Source of the DNA: Spirochaetota bacterium
GTDB taxonomy: Bacteria; Spirochaetota; UBA4802; UBA5550
Length of the DNA: 64,000 nt
Assembly (NCBI GenBank): GCA_963664815.2
Contig: CAXXHB010000002.1
Span: 608,001-672,000, forward strand
Direction: 5' to 3'
Part shown: piece after piece, positions 40,720-50,115 of the stretch
Position numbering within the stretch: position 1 is the first letter of the stretch
Layout of the letters: each line of letters begins with the position of its first letter
Notes under the pieces: generated by a model
Seen by the model: only the letters and a program-made list of their open reading frames with translations
Database searches by the model: none
What the model was told of the DNA's origin: nothing
Position numbers and translations under genes: made by a program

Positions 40720-40748
40720 TTGACAAGTGGCAGAAATAGCCTTAAGAT
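40720..40748 (+). promoter_or_regulatory. sigma70-type promoter for tupABC
   Basis: TTGACA-17 nt-TAAGAT. Confidence 0.6.
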
Positions 40749-40940
40749 TTAATATGCAGTTTGGAAATACAGCTGTTTGAATAGTTCAACATAAACATAA
40801 AGACAGTTTCAGCAGACAGTTTGTTGCAGAGCTTATGAAAGATAAACCTTGAAAAGTACAACAGGGGGTTACTTCTCAGGTTTTAAAAATATATCTTTTG
40901 TGTACATCATAAATAAATAAAAAATTACAAGGAGCTTGTT

Positions 40941-41789
40941 ATGAAAAAAAACGGAAGATCTGGTCTTTTATTTTTACTATTATTGGTAACAGTTTTTTTA
41001 TCCGCTTTGATTTACTCAGGATGTAAAAAGGATAGTAAATCTCTGATGATGGCAACAACTACAAGCACTAACGATACGGGAATTCTCGATTATCTTGCTC
41101 CTGTTTTTCAGAAAGACACGGGTATAGAACTTAAGTGGACCTCAGTTGGCACCGGGAAGGCTCTTCAGATGGGGCAGAACTGCGATGTCGATGTGCTTCT
41201 TGTACATGATCCCGATGCCGAGATGAAATTTATAAACGAAGGATATGGAATAAACAGAAAGGAGCTGATGTATAATGACTTTGTCATAATCGGACCGAAA
41301 AACGATCCTGCGGGTATAAATCAGAAGACAGTTGTTGATGCATTGAAAACCATTGCCGCCAAAAAAGCGAATTTTGCCAGTCGTAACGACAAATCGGGAA
41401 CTCATTCACTTGAACTGAAATTATGGAAAGCAACGGGATTAAAAACACCGGATAAAGAAACATGGTATATCCAGACAGGGCAGGGGATGCTTGCAACAAT
41501 AAAAATTGCCTCGGAAAAAAATGGTTATACAATAACCGACAGGGGTACTTATATCAAGTACGAAGCAACCAGCAAAGGTAACCCCCCGCTTGTAATCCTT
41601 GTCGAAAAAGACAATAATCTCTTCAATCAGTATTCCGGTATTGAAGTAAATCCTGCTAAATGTCCTAATGTTAAAAATAAAACTGCAAAACAGTTCATAA
41701 GCTGGATGGCTTCGGAAAAAGGTCAGAAACTGGTCAAAGATTATAAACTTGAAGGTAAGGAGCTGTTTATTCCAAACGCAAAACAGTAA
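40941..41789 (+). CDS. tupA: Tungstate ABC transporter substrate-binding lipoprotein
   Basis: Lipobox SGC, ATTTS signature, GTGKAL, SR.DKSGTH and DRGTY. Confidence 0.92.
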   Translation: MKKNGRSGLLFLLLLVTVFLSALIYSGCKKDSKSLMMATTTSTNDTGILDYLAPVFQKDTGIELKWTSVGTGKALQMGQNCDVDVLLVHDPDAEMKFINEGYGINRKELMYNDFVIIGPKNDPAGINQKTVVDALKTIAAKKANFASRNDKSGTHSLELKLWKATGLKTPDKETWYIQTGQGMLATIKIASEKNGYTITDRGTYIKYEATSKGNPPLVILVEKDNNLFNQYSGIEVNPAKCPNVKNKTAKQFISWMASEKGQKLVKDYKLEGKELFIPNAKQ

Positions 41790-41894
41790 TTTGCATAGTT
41801 TCTGTGTAATATATATTAAGGAATCAATATTTTAATAAGCAGAGAGGATGCAGTTATCATGGCGCACTCTCTGTTTATATAAAAAAGAGATAAT

Positions 41895-42584
41895 ATGGAT
41901 TATTTGGCAGAGGGTTTTTTAAAGGCATTTATACTTCTTTTTCAGAGGAACGCTGAAACCTATGATGCAATATATACTACATTGAAGGTATCTTCGTTTT
42001 CGATTTTGATCAGTCTTATTATCGGTCTCCCCGGCGGTTTTGCTCTGAGTTATTACAGCTTTCCAGGCAGAAAGCATATAAGGGTGGTGGCTGATACACT
42101 TCTTGCGCTTCCCACTGTTGCAGTTGGCCTTCTGGTTTATGCATTTATTACAGCGAAGGGGCCTCTTGGCAATTTCAATCTTCTGTTTGAATTATCCGGA
42201 ATTATAGCCGGTCAGGTGATACTTATACTTCCGCTAGTCGTATCATTAAGCGCGTCAGGAATTGAAAGCCTTGATGAAAGGCTGCGGAGCACTCTTATTA
42301 CACTCGGTGCAGGGCCGAAGAGAATACTTTTCAGCACATTGTATGAATCCCGGTTTGCATTAATGACTGCCGCCGCAACTGCATACGGAAGAGCTATCTC
42401 CGAGGTAGGGGTCTCCATGATGGTTGGTGGTAATATAAAGTGGCACACCAGAACAATCACAACAGCAATAACTCTGGAAACCGGCAAGGGTGAATTTGCA
42501 ATGGGTATAGCTCTTGGTATTGTACTTTTATTAATCAGTTTAATTGTTAACTGGTCCCTGATATTTTTCAGGAAAAGGACGTAA
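41895..42584 (+). CDS. tupB: Tungstate ABC transporter permease
   Basis: GRAISEVG..MMVGGNI...TRT.TTAI.LET.KG. Confidence 0.92.
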   Translation: MDYLAEGFLKAFILLFQRNAETYDAIYTTLKVSSFSILISLIIGLPGGFALSYYSFPGRKHIRVVADTLLALPTVAVGLLVYAFITAKGPLGNFNLLFELSGIIAGQVILILPLVVSLSASGIESLDERLRSTLITLGAGPKRILFSTLYESRFALMTAAATAYGRAISEVGVSMMVGGNIKWHTRTITTAITLETGKGEFAMGIALGIVLLLISLIVNWSLIFFRKRT

Positions 42585-42587
42585 TAA

Positions 42588-43610
42588 ATGAAAAAAAGGG
42601 GTAAAATCAAAAGCTGTAACCTGTATGAGATGACCGGGATTGAACACAGCTATGGGGGCTTTACTCTGAATATCCCTGAACTTAAAATTGAAAGAGGAGT
42701 TGCGGCAGGTCTCTCGGGACCAAATGGAAGCGGGAAAAGCACTCTTATGAGGCTGATGGCTTTTCTAGAGAAACCGGCATCGGGAAGGATTGTCTTTAAC
42801 GGCGCATATGAAGAGAGACTCCGGGCAACCATGCTGCAGCAGGATCCATACCTGCTTAAAAGGAGCGTTTATGATAATGTTTCGTATGGTCTTAAGGTTA
42901 GAAACGATTACAGGGATATAAAAAAACGGACTGCTGAAGCACTTGAAAGAGTTAACCTTAACCATAATTCATTTATGCACAGGAAGTGGTTTGAACTCTC
43001 CGGAGGCGAGGCAAAGAGGGTTGCACTGGCTTCAAGGCTTGTTCTTAAACCGGAGGCTCTTCTGCTTGATGAACCTGTTGCCAATGTTGATTCTGAAAGC
43101 TCAAGAGCAATAATAAATGCTGTAAGATGGATGAAGGAGGAACATTCAACCACTTTAGTCATTTCAAGTCATGATCTTACATGGCTTAACAGTGTAACTG
43201 ACCATATATGGAAACTCAATAACGGGAAACTTGCCGGATCGGGAAATGCAAACCTTATCCCGGGACCATGGACTGAAGAGAAAAACAATCTGTGGTATAC
43301 GACGCTACCCGGTGGAGACAAAGTCTATTCAACTGAGCCACCCGACTGCAGTGCTGCGGCTATATTATATCCTTCCGATATAATTATATCTGAAAAAAGG
43401 ACAACGGGAACCTCTGCGCTTAATCAGATTGAAGCAAAGATTAAACTTCTTGTATCAGAGGGTAACACCGGCAGGATAAGAGTGGAATCAGAAGCCTCCG
43501 GGAAGATCATCAACTGCTATATAACCATGACATCCGCTGAAAAAATAAATATTGTACCGGGGAGAAAAGTGTATCTGATATTCAAAGCGGCTTCACTTGT
43601 GTGGGGCTGA
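42588..43610 (+). CDS. tupC: Tungstate ABC transporter ATPase with a TOBE domain
   Basis: GPNGSGKS, LSGGE, LLLDEP and C-terminal SALN..FKA TOBE motif. Confidence 0.9.
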   Translation: MKKRGKIKSCNLYEMTGIEHSYGGFTLNIPELKIERGVAAGLSGPNGSGKSTLMRLMAFLEKPASGRIVFNGAYEERLRATMLQQDPYLLKRSVYDNVSYGLKVRNDYRDIKKRTAEALERVNLNHNSFMHRKWFELSGGEAKRVALASRLVLKPEALLLDEPVANVDSESSRAIINAVRWMKEEHSTTLVISSHDLTWLNSVTDHIWKLNNGKLAGSGNANLIPGPWTEEKNNLWYTTLPGGDKVYSTEPPDCSAAAILYPSDIIISEKRTTGTSALNQIEAKIKLLVSEGNTGRIRVESEASGKIINCYITMTSAEKINIVPGRKVYLIFKAASLVWG

Positions 43611-43614
43611 TTAA

Positions 43615-44445
43615 TTATATTCCAAGTATACGTTTGGCGTTTTCTCCGAGAATTTTATTCCTGTCCTCCATTGTTCCGATCTCTTGTTCGATTGAACCTT
43701 TATATCTTCCAATGCCGAGAAGCGGGAAGTCACTTCCGAAAACTATTCTGTCTGCCCCGGTAATTTTTACAGCCGTACTGTAGATCCCGCTCCGGTATAA
43801 ATACGGGGTAGCCGCCGTATCATAAAAAACATTTTTTAAAACCTCGTTAACCTCCGGCATAAGTTCATAAAAACAGAGTCCCCCTCCCCAGTGAGAGAGT
43901 ATGACTGTTGCTTCCGGAACAGACTTCAGAAGTTCATATACTGCCGCAAGAGAGGGTTCATATTTGCCGGGGTAACTGTGTCCTACAGGTTCATTGAGGT
44001 GCAGACATACCGGGAGTGATAAATCCGCTGCAGCCTCAAGGACTTCGCGGAGAAAGATTTTGCTCAGATCATTCATCCCCCCCGTATAAAAAGCAATCTC
44101 CCCTATGCCGTACAGTCCAAAGCTTTTTAACTCCTCCGCGTAGTGTCTTACGCTGCCGGAGCCGGAAAGGGGGATCATGCCGAAAGGGAAGATATTGCCG
44201 CCGCCGGGGATTGAAGCCATGCATTCATTCTGTCTCATGCAGTGCTTCTCTCCGGACCAAGGGAATGACATTGCAGCTGCGCCATGCAGTTTTTCGGTTA
44301 AAATGTATTCCGCCAGTCCCGCATGGTCTGTAACTGCTGATTTCTCTGATGAATATAAAAGTTTAAAACCGGGATCATCAAAATAGCAGTCTCTTGATAA
44401 TAAAACATCTTTCGGGAATATATGAGTGTGAAAATCCAATATCAT
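43615..44445 (-). CDS. Amidohydrolase_2 family metal-dependent hydrolase
   Basis: DFHTH, SHWGGG, YDTAA and FGSDFP. Confidence 0.9.
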   Translation of the reverse strand: MILDFHTHIFPKDVLLSRDCYFDDPGFKLLYSSEKSAVTDHAGLAEYILTEKLHGAAAMSFPWSGEKHCMRQNECMASIPGGGNIFPFGMIPLSGSGSVRHYAEELKSFGLYGIGEIAFYTGGMNDLSKIFLREVLEAAADLSLPVCLHLNEPVGHSYPGKYEPSLAAVYELLKSVPEATVILSHWGGGLCFYELMPEVNEVLKNVFYDTAATPYLYRSGIYSTAVKITGADRIVFGSDFPLLGIGRYKGSIEQEIGTMEDRNKILGENAKRILGI

Positions 44446-44450
44446 GATTA

Positions 44451-44849
44451 CTATTTAAATATTTTCCCGAATTCTACTTCCGAGGGTTCGCTTCCATCGT
44501 CCCATCTGATAACCGCTCCTTTAGCTGTAACCTTTTCAACCGTGCCGGGATAAAATTTTGCCCCTGACCACACAGCATAAACTTTATCCCCTGCAGTGAG
44601 TACTAACTTAGCCGGGATAAATTTAATAGCCCCCTCAGAAACTGTACCCTGAGAACCGTCAGCATAGTCAACTTCATAATTCCCATCTGTACAGCTTTTA
44701 ATTACTGCAAGGTAATATTCTCCATCAGACCATTTAGCTGCAACAGAAGCACCGTCGGGAAATTTCTGCGCACTCTTTCCCGTGACCGGAAAAACAACGA
44801 AACCTGACAGAAACAATACAACAAGAAACATTCTTAAATTTTTCATCAT
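44451..44849 (-). CDS. Exported tandem Tudor/agenet-like protein
   Basis: Signal peptide and two repeats of G..V.A.W....Y...I......(V).(Y/W).DGS. Confidence 0.7.
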   Translation of the reverse strand: MMKNLRMFLVVLFLSGFVVFPVTGKSAQKFPDGASVAAKWSDGEYYLAVIKSCTDGNYEVDYADGSQGTVSEGAIKFIPAKLVLTAGDKVYAVWSGAKFYPGTVEKVTAKGAVIRWDDGSEPSEVEFGKIFK

Positions 44850-45199
44850 TAACTCCTCATTTAAATAGTAATATTTTTATTCCATTATCAGATAAAAATG
44901 GAACAGTTGAATAATACAATTATAACACATAAACCGGCTTTGTCATCCGTAAGTTTACGGATATTGGAATTTTAAAAATGAATTCAGGCTGACAACGGAT
45001 CAGCAGTCAATACCTGACGGGCTTTTTAAATTTACCATAAAAAATACTATTCGTTGTAATAAAAAATAAAAATAATACGTATGATACAATTATTATTGAC
45101 AATAAATAATATTATTACAAAGATATAATACAAAATATACTATTAAGACTAATAATTCTTTACATTATTCTTATTTTGTATTAAAATATAGTACTTATT

Positions 45200-46561
45200 A
45201 TGGAGCGTCATATGAACAGCGGAAGACAAGGGAGAGACCGCACTGTAAAACATGGTTCTTTCACAGATGATTATAAAGCTAAAATTATTACACCTGAAAG
45301 AGCAGCGTCATTTGTAAGATCAGATGATATGTTATTTACCGGAGGTGGAGTAAATATCCCCAAAGCCTTTTCCACAGCATTGGGAGCAAGGGCTTCCGAG
45401 CTGAAAAATGTAACAATACTCCAGGGTTTTGCCATGGCGCTTTATGACTACATGAAACCTGAGGCTAAAAACAGTTTTAATATTGAAACGATGTTTGTCG
45501 GCCCTCTTGAAAGAATCTGTATGGAGTGGGGTGTCGGGTCATATAATCCTCACAGTTTTTCCGATCTTGGCACTCTGGCATTCAGGGCTGCTCCCAGGAT
45601 TGTGGCATTTTCAGCTACACCACCAGATAAAGACGGATATGTCAACAAGTCATGTTTTGGATCATTTCTTCCCCGGAAAGAGTGCCTTGAGCCTGCGGAA
45701 GTTGTTATCTGCGAAATAAATAATCATCTACCCTGGTGCAGCGGTGATGATTTCAAGGTGCATTTGTCTGAAATAGATTTTATTATTGAAAACAATGCGC
45801 CGATTTTCGAGCTGCCCGAGATTCCCATTACTGAAGTTGAAGATAGAATGGCGGAGTATATAGTGGACATGATTCCTGACGGATCTACAATTCAACTCGG
45901 TTTCGGCGGGCTTGGCAATGCAATAGGTCATATGCTTTATAATAAAAAAGATCTCGGTATGCATTCCGAGGTTGTTACACCTTCGGTTACGGAGCTTGTG
46001 AAGGCAGGGGTTATAACTTGTTCAAAGAAGAACTTCTATCCCGGGAAGGTGGTAACGGCTTTTGCAGTGGGAACAAATCAGTTCTACAGCGATCTTGACA
46101 GAAATGAAATGTTTGAGTTCAAGGAGGTTCACTGGGTTAATCAGCCTTCAGTAATAGCAAAAAATGACGGTATGATATCCATAAATACAACTCTTATGAT
46201 GGATCTGACGGGACAGGCCGCATCGGAATCGATAGGGATAAAGCAGTATAGCGGAACCGGCGGTCAGGTAAACTTTAACCAGGGGGCGAAGATGTCAAAG
46301 GGGGGTAAAAGGATACTGGCAGTGGCATCATCCTATACCGATAAAGACGGAGAGCTGAAATCCAAAATTGTACCCAATCTTCCTCTGGGATCAATTGTAA
46401 CCACAACGAGAAATGAAATAGAATACGTTTGTACCGAGTATGGAGTAGTGGATCTCAGTTTCAACAGTATAAGTACGCGCGTAAAGAAGCTTATATCAAT
46501 AGCTCATCCCCAATTCAGAGATGAGCTTGCTTTTGAAGCTAAGAAAAACAGGTGGATTTAA
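45200..46561 (+). CDS. Acetyl-CoA hydrolase/CoA-transferase (4-hydroxybutyrate CoA-transferase-like)
   Basis: DGSTIQLG, DLGMHSE, YSGTGGQ, TEYGV and SIAHPQFR. Confidence 0.92.
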   Translation: MERHMNSGRQGRDRTVKHGSFTDDYKAKIITPERAASFVRSDDMLFTGGGVNIPKAFSTALGARASELKNVTILQGFAMALYDYMKPEAKNSFNIETMFVGPLERICMEWGVGSYNPHSFSDLGTLAFRAAPRIVAFSATPPDKDGYVNKSCFGSFLPRKECLEPAEVVICEINNHLPWCSGDDFKVHLSEIDFIIENNAPIFELPEIPITEVEDRMAEYIVDMIPDGSTIQLGFGGLGNAIGHMLYNKKDLGMHSEVVTPSVTELVKAGVITCSKKNFYPGKVVTAFAVGTNQFYSDLDRNEMFEFKEVHWVNQPSVIAKNDGMISINTTLMMDLTGQAASESIGIKQYSGTGGQVNFNQGAKMSKGGKRILAVASSYTDKDGELKSKIVPNLPLGSIVTTTRNEIEYVCTEYGVVDLSFNSISTRVKKLISIAHPQFRDELAFEAKKNRWI

Positions 46562-46580
46562 GCATATTAAGAGGGGAGGA

Positions 46581-47249
46581 TTATTCCTCCCCACCTTCTT
46601 CATCTTCAGGTTCAATCTTGATTTTAAAATTAAAATTCTTCATTCTCTTGTCTTTTTTGACGCCGTTCATAATCAGCTTGAACAAAGGGTCAACGCAGAG
46701 TATCGGCTGGGTCTTGTCATTGGGGGAATCGTACATGAGCCATCTGATAACTACAAACTCAACACATCCGAGAATTGCCGATCTTATAAAATTGGGATCT
46801 ATATCGGCTCTCAGCTCACCATTCTGAATCCCCTCTTTAATGACATCGGTCATAATCTTGTAATATTCAATAAGATCCTTGTAGGTATCGGTGTCTTTAA
46901 ATTTTTTGTTTGTTTTAAGAGTCATAAGGGATATTGACGCAAAGTACGGATTATCCTGGTAAAACTTGCAGAGGTGGTAGATCATCCCTCTCAGTTTATT
47001 ATTTGTGCCGCTTATATAATTGAGATGAGAGTCAAGCATCTGCTTGCTCAGCTCAATACCTTCGCGGGGAATGGTGAAAAGAAGCTCCTCTTTTGATGAA
47101 AAATATTCATAGATTGTGGTGTCAGATACTCCTGTTTCCTTTGCCACATCAGAGATTGTTGAATTTAGAAAACCCTTCTCGGAGAAGACTTTTTCAGCAG
47201 ATTTCAGGATCTGATCCTTTCTTGCTTCCTTTAATGATTTAACTGTCAT
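46581..47249 (-). CDS. TetR/AcrR-family transcriptional regulator
   Basis: ILKSAEKVFSEKGF..STISDVAKETGVS..TIYEYFSSKEELL HTH. Confidence 0.93.
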   Translation of the reverse strand: MTVKSLKEARKDQILKSAEKVFSEKGFLNSTISDVAKETGVSDTTIYEYFSSKEELLFTIPREGIELSKQMLDSHLNYISGTNNKLRGMIYHLCKFYQDNPYFASISLMTLKTNKKFKDTDTYKDLIEYYKIMTDVIKEGIQNGELRADIDPNFIRSAILGCVEFVVIRWLMYDSPNDKTQPILCVDPLFKLIMNGVKKDKRMKNFNFKIKIEPEDEEGGEE

Positions 47250-47549
47250 TTTTCAGTCTCCATATTTATATTAATTTACTTCCTCTTGTAAAAAAAGAAA
47301 AAATTCTTAGTTACTATAAAGTATTCTCAAAAACAGGCCTCTGGGAGTCAAGCTTTTTTTGTTAAAATATTGTCATGGATTTTTATCTTTTTTTTAAGGG
47401 GTTGATGTTGAAGGGCAAAAATTTTTCCGGTAAGATTTTCAGGTTATTATTACATGTTGCTGTTAAGCCCGGGGGAAAAGAAACACTTCAGCATGTTTAG
47501 CGTTTACAGATAAATATGTAAATATATAATATAATGTACATCTTTTAAG

Positions 47550-47593
47550 CAAGGTTATCGAAGGGTGTACGGAGGATATACGAAGGATATACC
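47550..47593. repeat. Degenerate 11-bp tandem repeat
   Basis: CGAAGGGTGTA-CGGAGGATATA-CGAAGGATATA. Confidence 0.6.
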
Positions 47594-48059
47594 GGGGGCC
47601 TGGAGGTTAATTTAACCGCGACAGGCGCTTTCTCAGTTGATCTTAACATATCTGCCAATGCAGAATACTCCTTATGGTTATTCTGCAGGTGATATCTGGC
47701 GGTATTGGCACATCAGAGATTTCTGTTAAACCGGGTGGTACCGGCGCAGCAGGACACTCTGTGGTCTGCTGTCTGTTGTATAATTATTAACAGTTGTTGT
47801 TTTTCTGTTATCCCGGTTACCCGAAGGGGAGTAGAAATACTTAACAGGTTATGGCCGCTTTAAGGCAATATTCAGCATAATAAGTTTTATGTGTAATTTA
47901 AGTTTGATCGGACGGTTTTTGAGGTATAGAGGGTTTAGCGGTTGACAACGGGGTTTTTATTTGTATAGCGTTGGATGTAATTATAATGCGTTAAATAGTG
48001 ATAACGGAATTTTATCTGATTTTTCTGGAATACCGGAATTAATATCTATCGGAGATTAA

Positions 48060-48422
48060 ACGGCTAAAGCTGTAAAGAACAACAGCAGCGAAGAACCAAT
48101 AGAAAAACAAATTTAGAAAGCTGCTGATAAACTCAGAAAGAATATAGATACTGCTGGATAAAAACATATAGTCCTGGGACTATATGTTTCTTAAATATAT
48201 ATCAGACGCATTTGAAGAACTGCAAACAAAACTGAAAGGGTAAGGGAGCTGGATTATGTATTTACACTGGTAAGGTATGTTGACCTGCCTGATGACGAGG
48301 ACGATTTTGATTTTAATGAGAGATTAACAGCTCTTAAGGCAGAATTGGAAGCACAGATGAAAGAAGAGGATAAACTTAATAAGCTGATTCTGGAGAAGTT
48401 GAAAAAGGTCAAACTTGTATGA
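48060..48422 (+). pseudogene. hsdM: Type I R-M methyltransferase remnant (N- and C-termini joined, middle deleted)
   Basis: GGAG RBS with the start mutated to ACG. Reads EEPIEKQI*KAADKLRKNIDTAG*KHIVLGL, a frameshift, FLKYISDAFEE (HsdM N-terminus), then directly LDYVFTLVRYVDLPDDEDDFDFNERL...LKKVKLV* (HsdM C-terminus). Confidence 0.85.
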
Positions 48423-48676
48423 ATACTCAAAATTCTGATAGATTCCATTTTACCGTTAAAGAATTAATCGAAATACTCAAAGATTTACCGCAGGACTTAC
48501 CGGTATTAACAAGCGGATATGAATCCGGATTTGAAAATTTTTATTATCCATCAATAGTCGAATTGAAGCATGTTCCGGAAAATATGTATCATGATGGTGA
48601 GTTCCAGGCAGGTGAAGATGGTGATGCAGATATATTTGAAGCTGTAATTCTACAAAGAGTAATGCGGTATGATTGA
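48419..48676 (+). CDS. Small hypothetical protein (TVKELIE.L..LP.DLPV..SGYE family)
   Basis: ATGA overlap with the hsdM remnant stop and a coherent globular-looking sequence. Confidence 0.6.
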   Translation: MNTQNSDRFHFTVKELIEILKDLPQDLPVLTSGYESGFENFYYPSIVELKHVPENMYHDGEFQAGEDGDADIFEAVILQRVMRYD

Positions 48677-48730
48677 CAGAAGGCGCCAATAGTCCGGCGC
48701 CCGTATCTGATTGAAGGAAAAGTAGCATCT

Positions 48731-48757
48731 GTAAGGGCAGGCCCCTGTGCCTGTCCC
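48731..48757 (+). repeat. REP-like palindrome (RAYT-associated type), degenerate
   Basis: GTAA-GGGCAGGC-CCCTGT-GCCTGTCCC resembles a GTAG-tetranucleotide + GC hairpin REP. Confidence 0.55.
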
Positions 48758-48771
48758 AAAGAATAACAAAG

Positions 48772-49449
48772 GTGAAGAAACACCTCCCCGACAACCAGAT
48801 CACCTTTTACCAGACCCCGGACGGCTCGGTGAATATCGAGGTGATGTACGCCAATGAAAATATCTGGCTTTCGCAAAAACGAATGGCTGAACTCTTTGAC
48901 TGCACCCCGGACAATATTTCTCTGCATCTTAGAAATATCTATACAGAGAATGAATTGGACGAGAATGCAACTGCCGAGGAATTCTCGGTAGTTCAAACCG
49001 AGGGCAGCCGGGAAGTAAAACGGAAAATTACCTTTTATTCACTTGAAGCCATTATTGCAGTGGGCTACCGTGTCAACTCAGAGCGGGGCACCCAGTTCCG
49101 TCAATGGGCGATTACCATTCTTCAGCAGTACATTCATAAAGGTTTTGCAATAGATTCCCACCGGTTCAAATACGGCTCACGTTTCAACACCCGCTATTTT
49201 GACGAACTGCTCGAAGAAATCCGTGAAATCCGGGCCAGCGAGCGCATGGTGTATCAAAAAATTACCGATATCTACACGACGTCTATCGATTATTCGACTA
49301 AAGCAGAGGACACGACGGCGTTTTTCTCCACTGTCCAGAACAAACTGCATTTTGAAAAGTTCAGGGTTGTACAGGACAGTAAATTTATATCCGATTTTGA
49401 TAAGGAAGTAAAAAAATTGCTGGATAAGGACAAAGGCGGCAAGAAATGA
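48772..49449 (+). CDS. rhuM: RhuM-family protein, probably internally deleted
   Basis: WLSQK.MAELF, YSLEAIIAVGYRVNS.RGTQFRQWA and IREIRASER. VQNKLH is followed immediately by the C-terminal FEKFRVVQD..SDFD. Confidence 0.82.
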   Translation: MKKHLPDNQITFYQTPDGSVNIEVMYANENIWLSQKRMAELFDCTPDNISLHLRNIYTENELDENATAEEFSVVQTEGSREVKRKITFYSLEAIIAVGYRVNSERGTQFRQWAITILQQYIHKGFAIDSHRFKYGSRFNTRYFDELLEEIREIRASERMVYQKITDIYTTSIDYSTKAEDTTAFFSTVQNKLHFEKFRVVQDSKFISDFDKEVKKLLDKDKGGKK

Positions 49450-49586
49450 CCAGTAAAATCACCGAATCAGTAATAGAACAATTCGTTATTGATCTTCTGG
49501 TACATTATAAATACCAGTACATATACGGCCTTGACATAGCGCCCGATTCCGATAACTCCTCTCCTTCAGGAGATGTACAGTCATAA
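49446..49586 (+). pseudogene. hsdR: Type I restriction endonuclease R subunit, N-terminal remnant
   Basis: MTSKITESVIEQFVIDLL...YQYIYGLDIAPDSD then a stop after 46 codons. ATGA overlap with the rhuM stop. Confidence 0.72.
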
Positions 49587-49689
49587 ACCCATCTCTTATT
49601 TCCCCTTTAGGGATAAGGGGGCCGGGGCTTACAGTTATCACTACGGCTGGAATGACATGGTGCTAATCATTTCTTGAAATGCTACAGCT

Positions 49690-49917
49690 TCGCGGGTTGA
49701 TATTATGTGTTTTGCATATGGATACAGTTTTAATACACCTGTTGTTACAGATGATACTGATATGATCCAGCTTGGCCAGATGTTCGGTGTGCAAATGATT
49801 AAAATGGTCGAATTACTCAGGCTGATGCTTGAAGAGGATCATATTGACATGGATAAAATCGAAGAGATCGCCCAGTACCTGCAATATATGGATGATCCAC
49901 CAGTATACAGGAAATGA
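49690..49917 (+). pseudogene. C-terminal fragment of a PIN-like protein
   Basis: SRVDIMCFAYG...VVTDDTDM resembles the C-terminal half of a PIN domain. No intact N-terminus upstream. Confidence 0.4.
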
Positions 49918-50115
49918 GAAATGTTATTGCGAATTCGATAAATACGATAATAAAATGCTGCCGTTTGATAATTATTGAATTCTTTAAATGAATGTGCAAA
50001 TAATATATACCTGATAAATATTTTCATGTAATTTAGATAAATTGCCCTTAATGATGTTTCTTTTCCCCTTAAATTCTTCTTTACAAATCAAACAAACCAA
50101 CCCAGACTATCTTTC

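Noticed and set aside
47600-47940. Hidden gene remnant in the long intergenic region
   Set aside because: The minus-strand frames I translated give short stop-rich peptides with no recognisable family.
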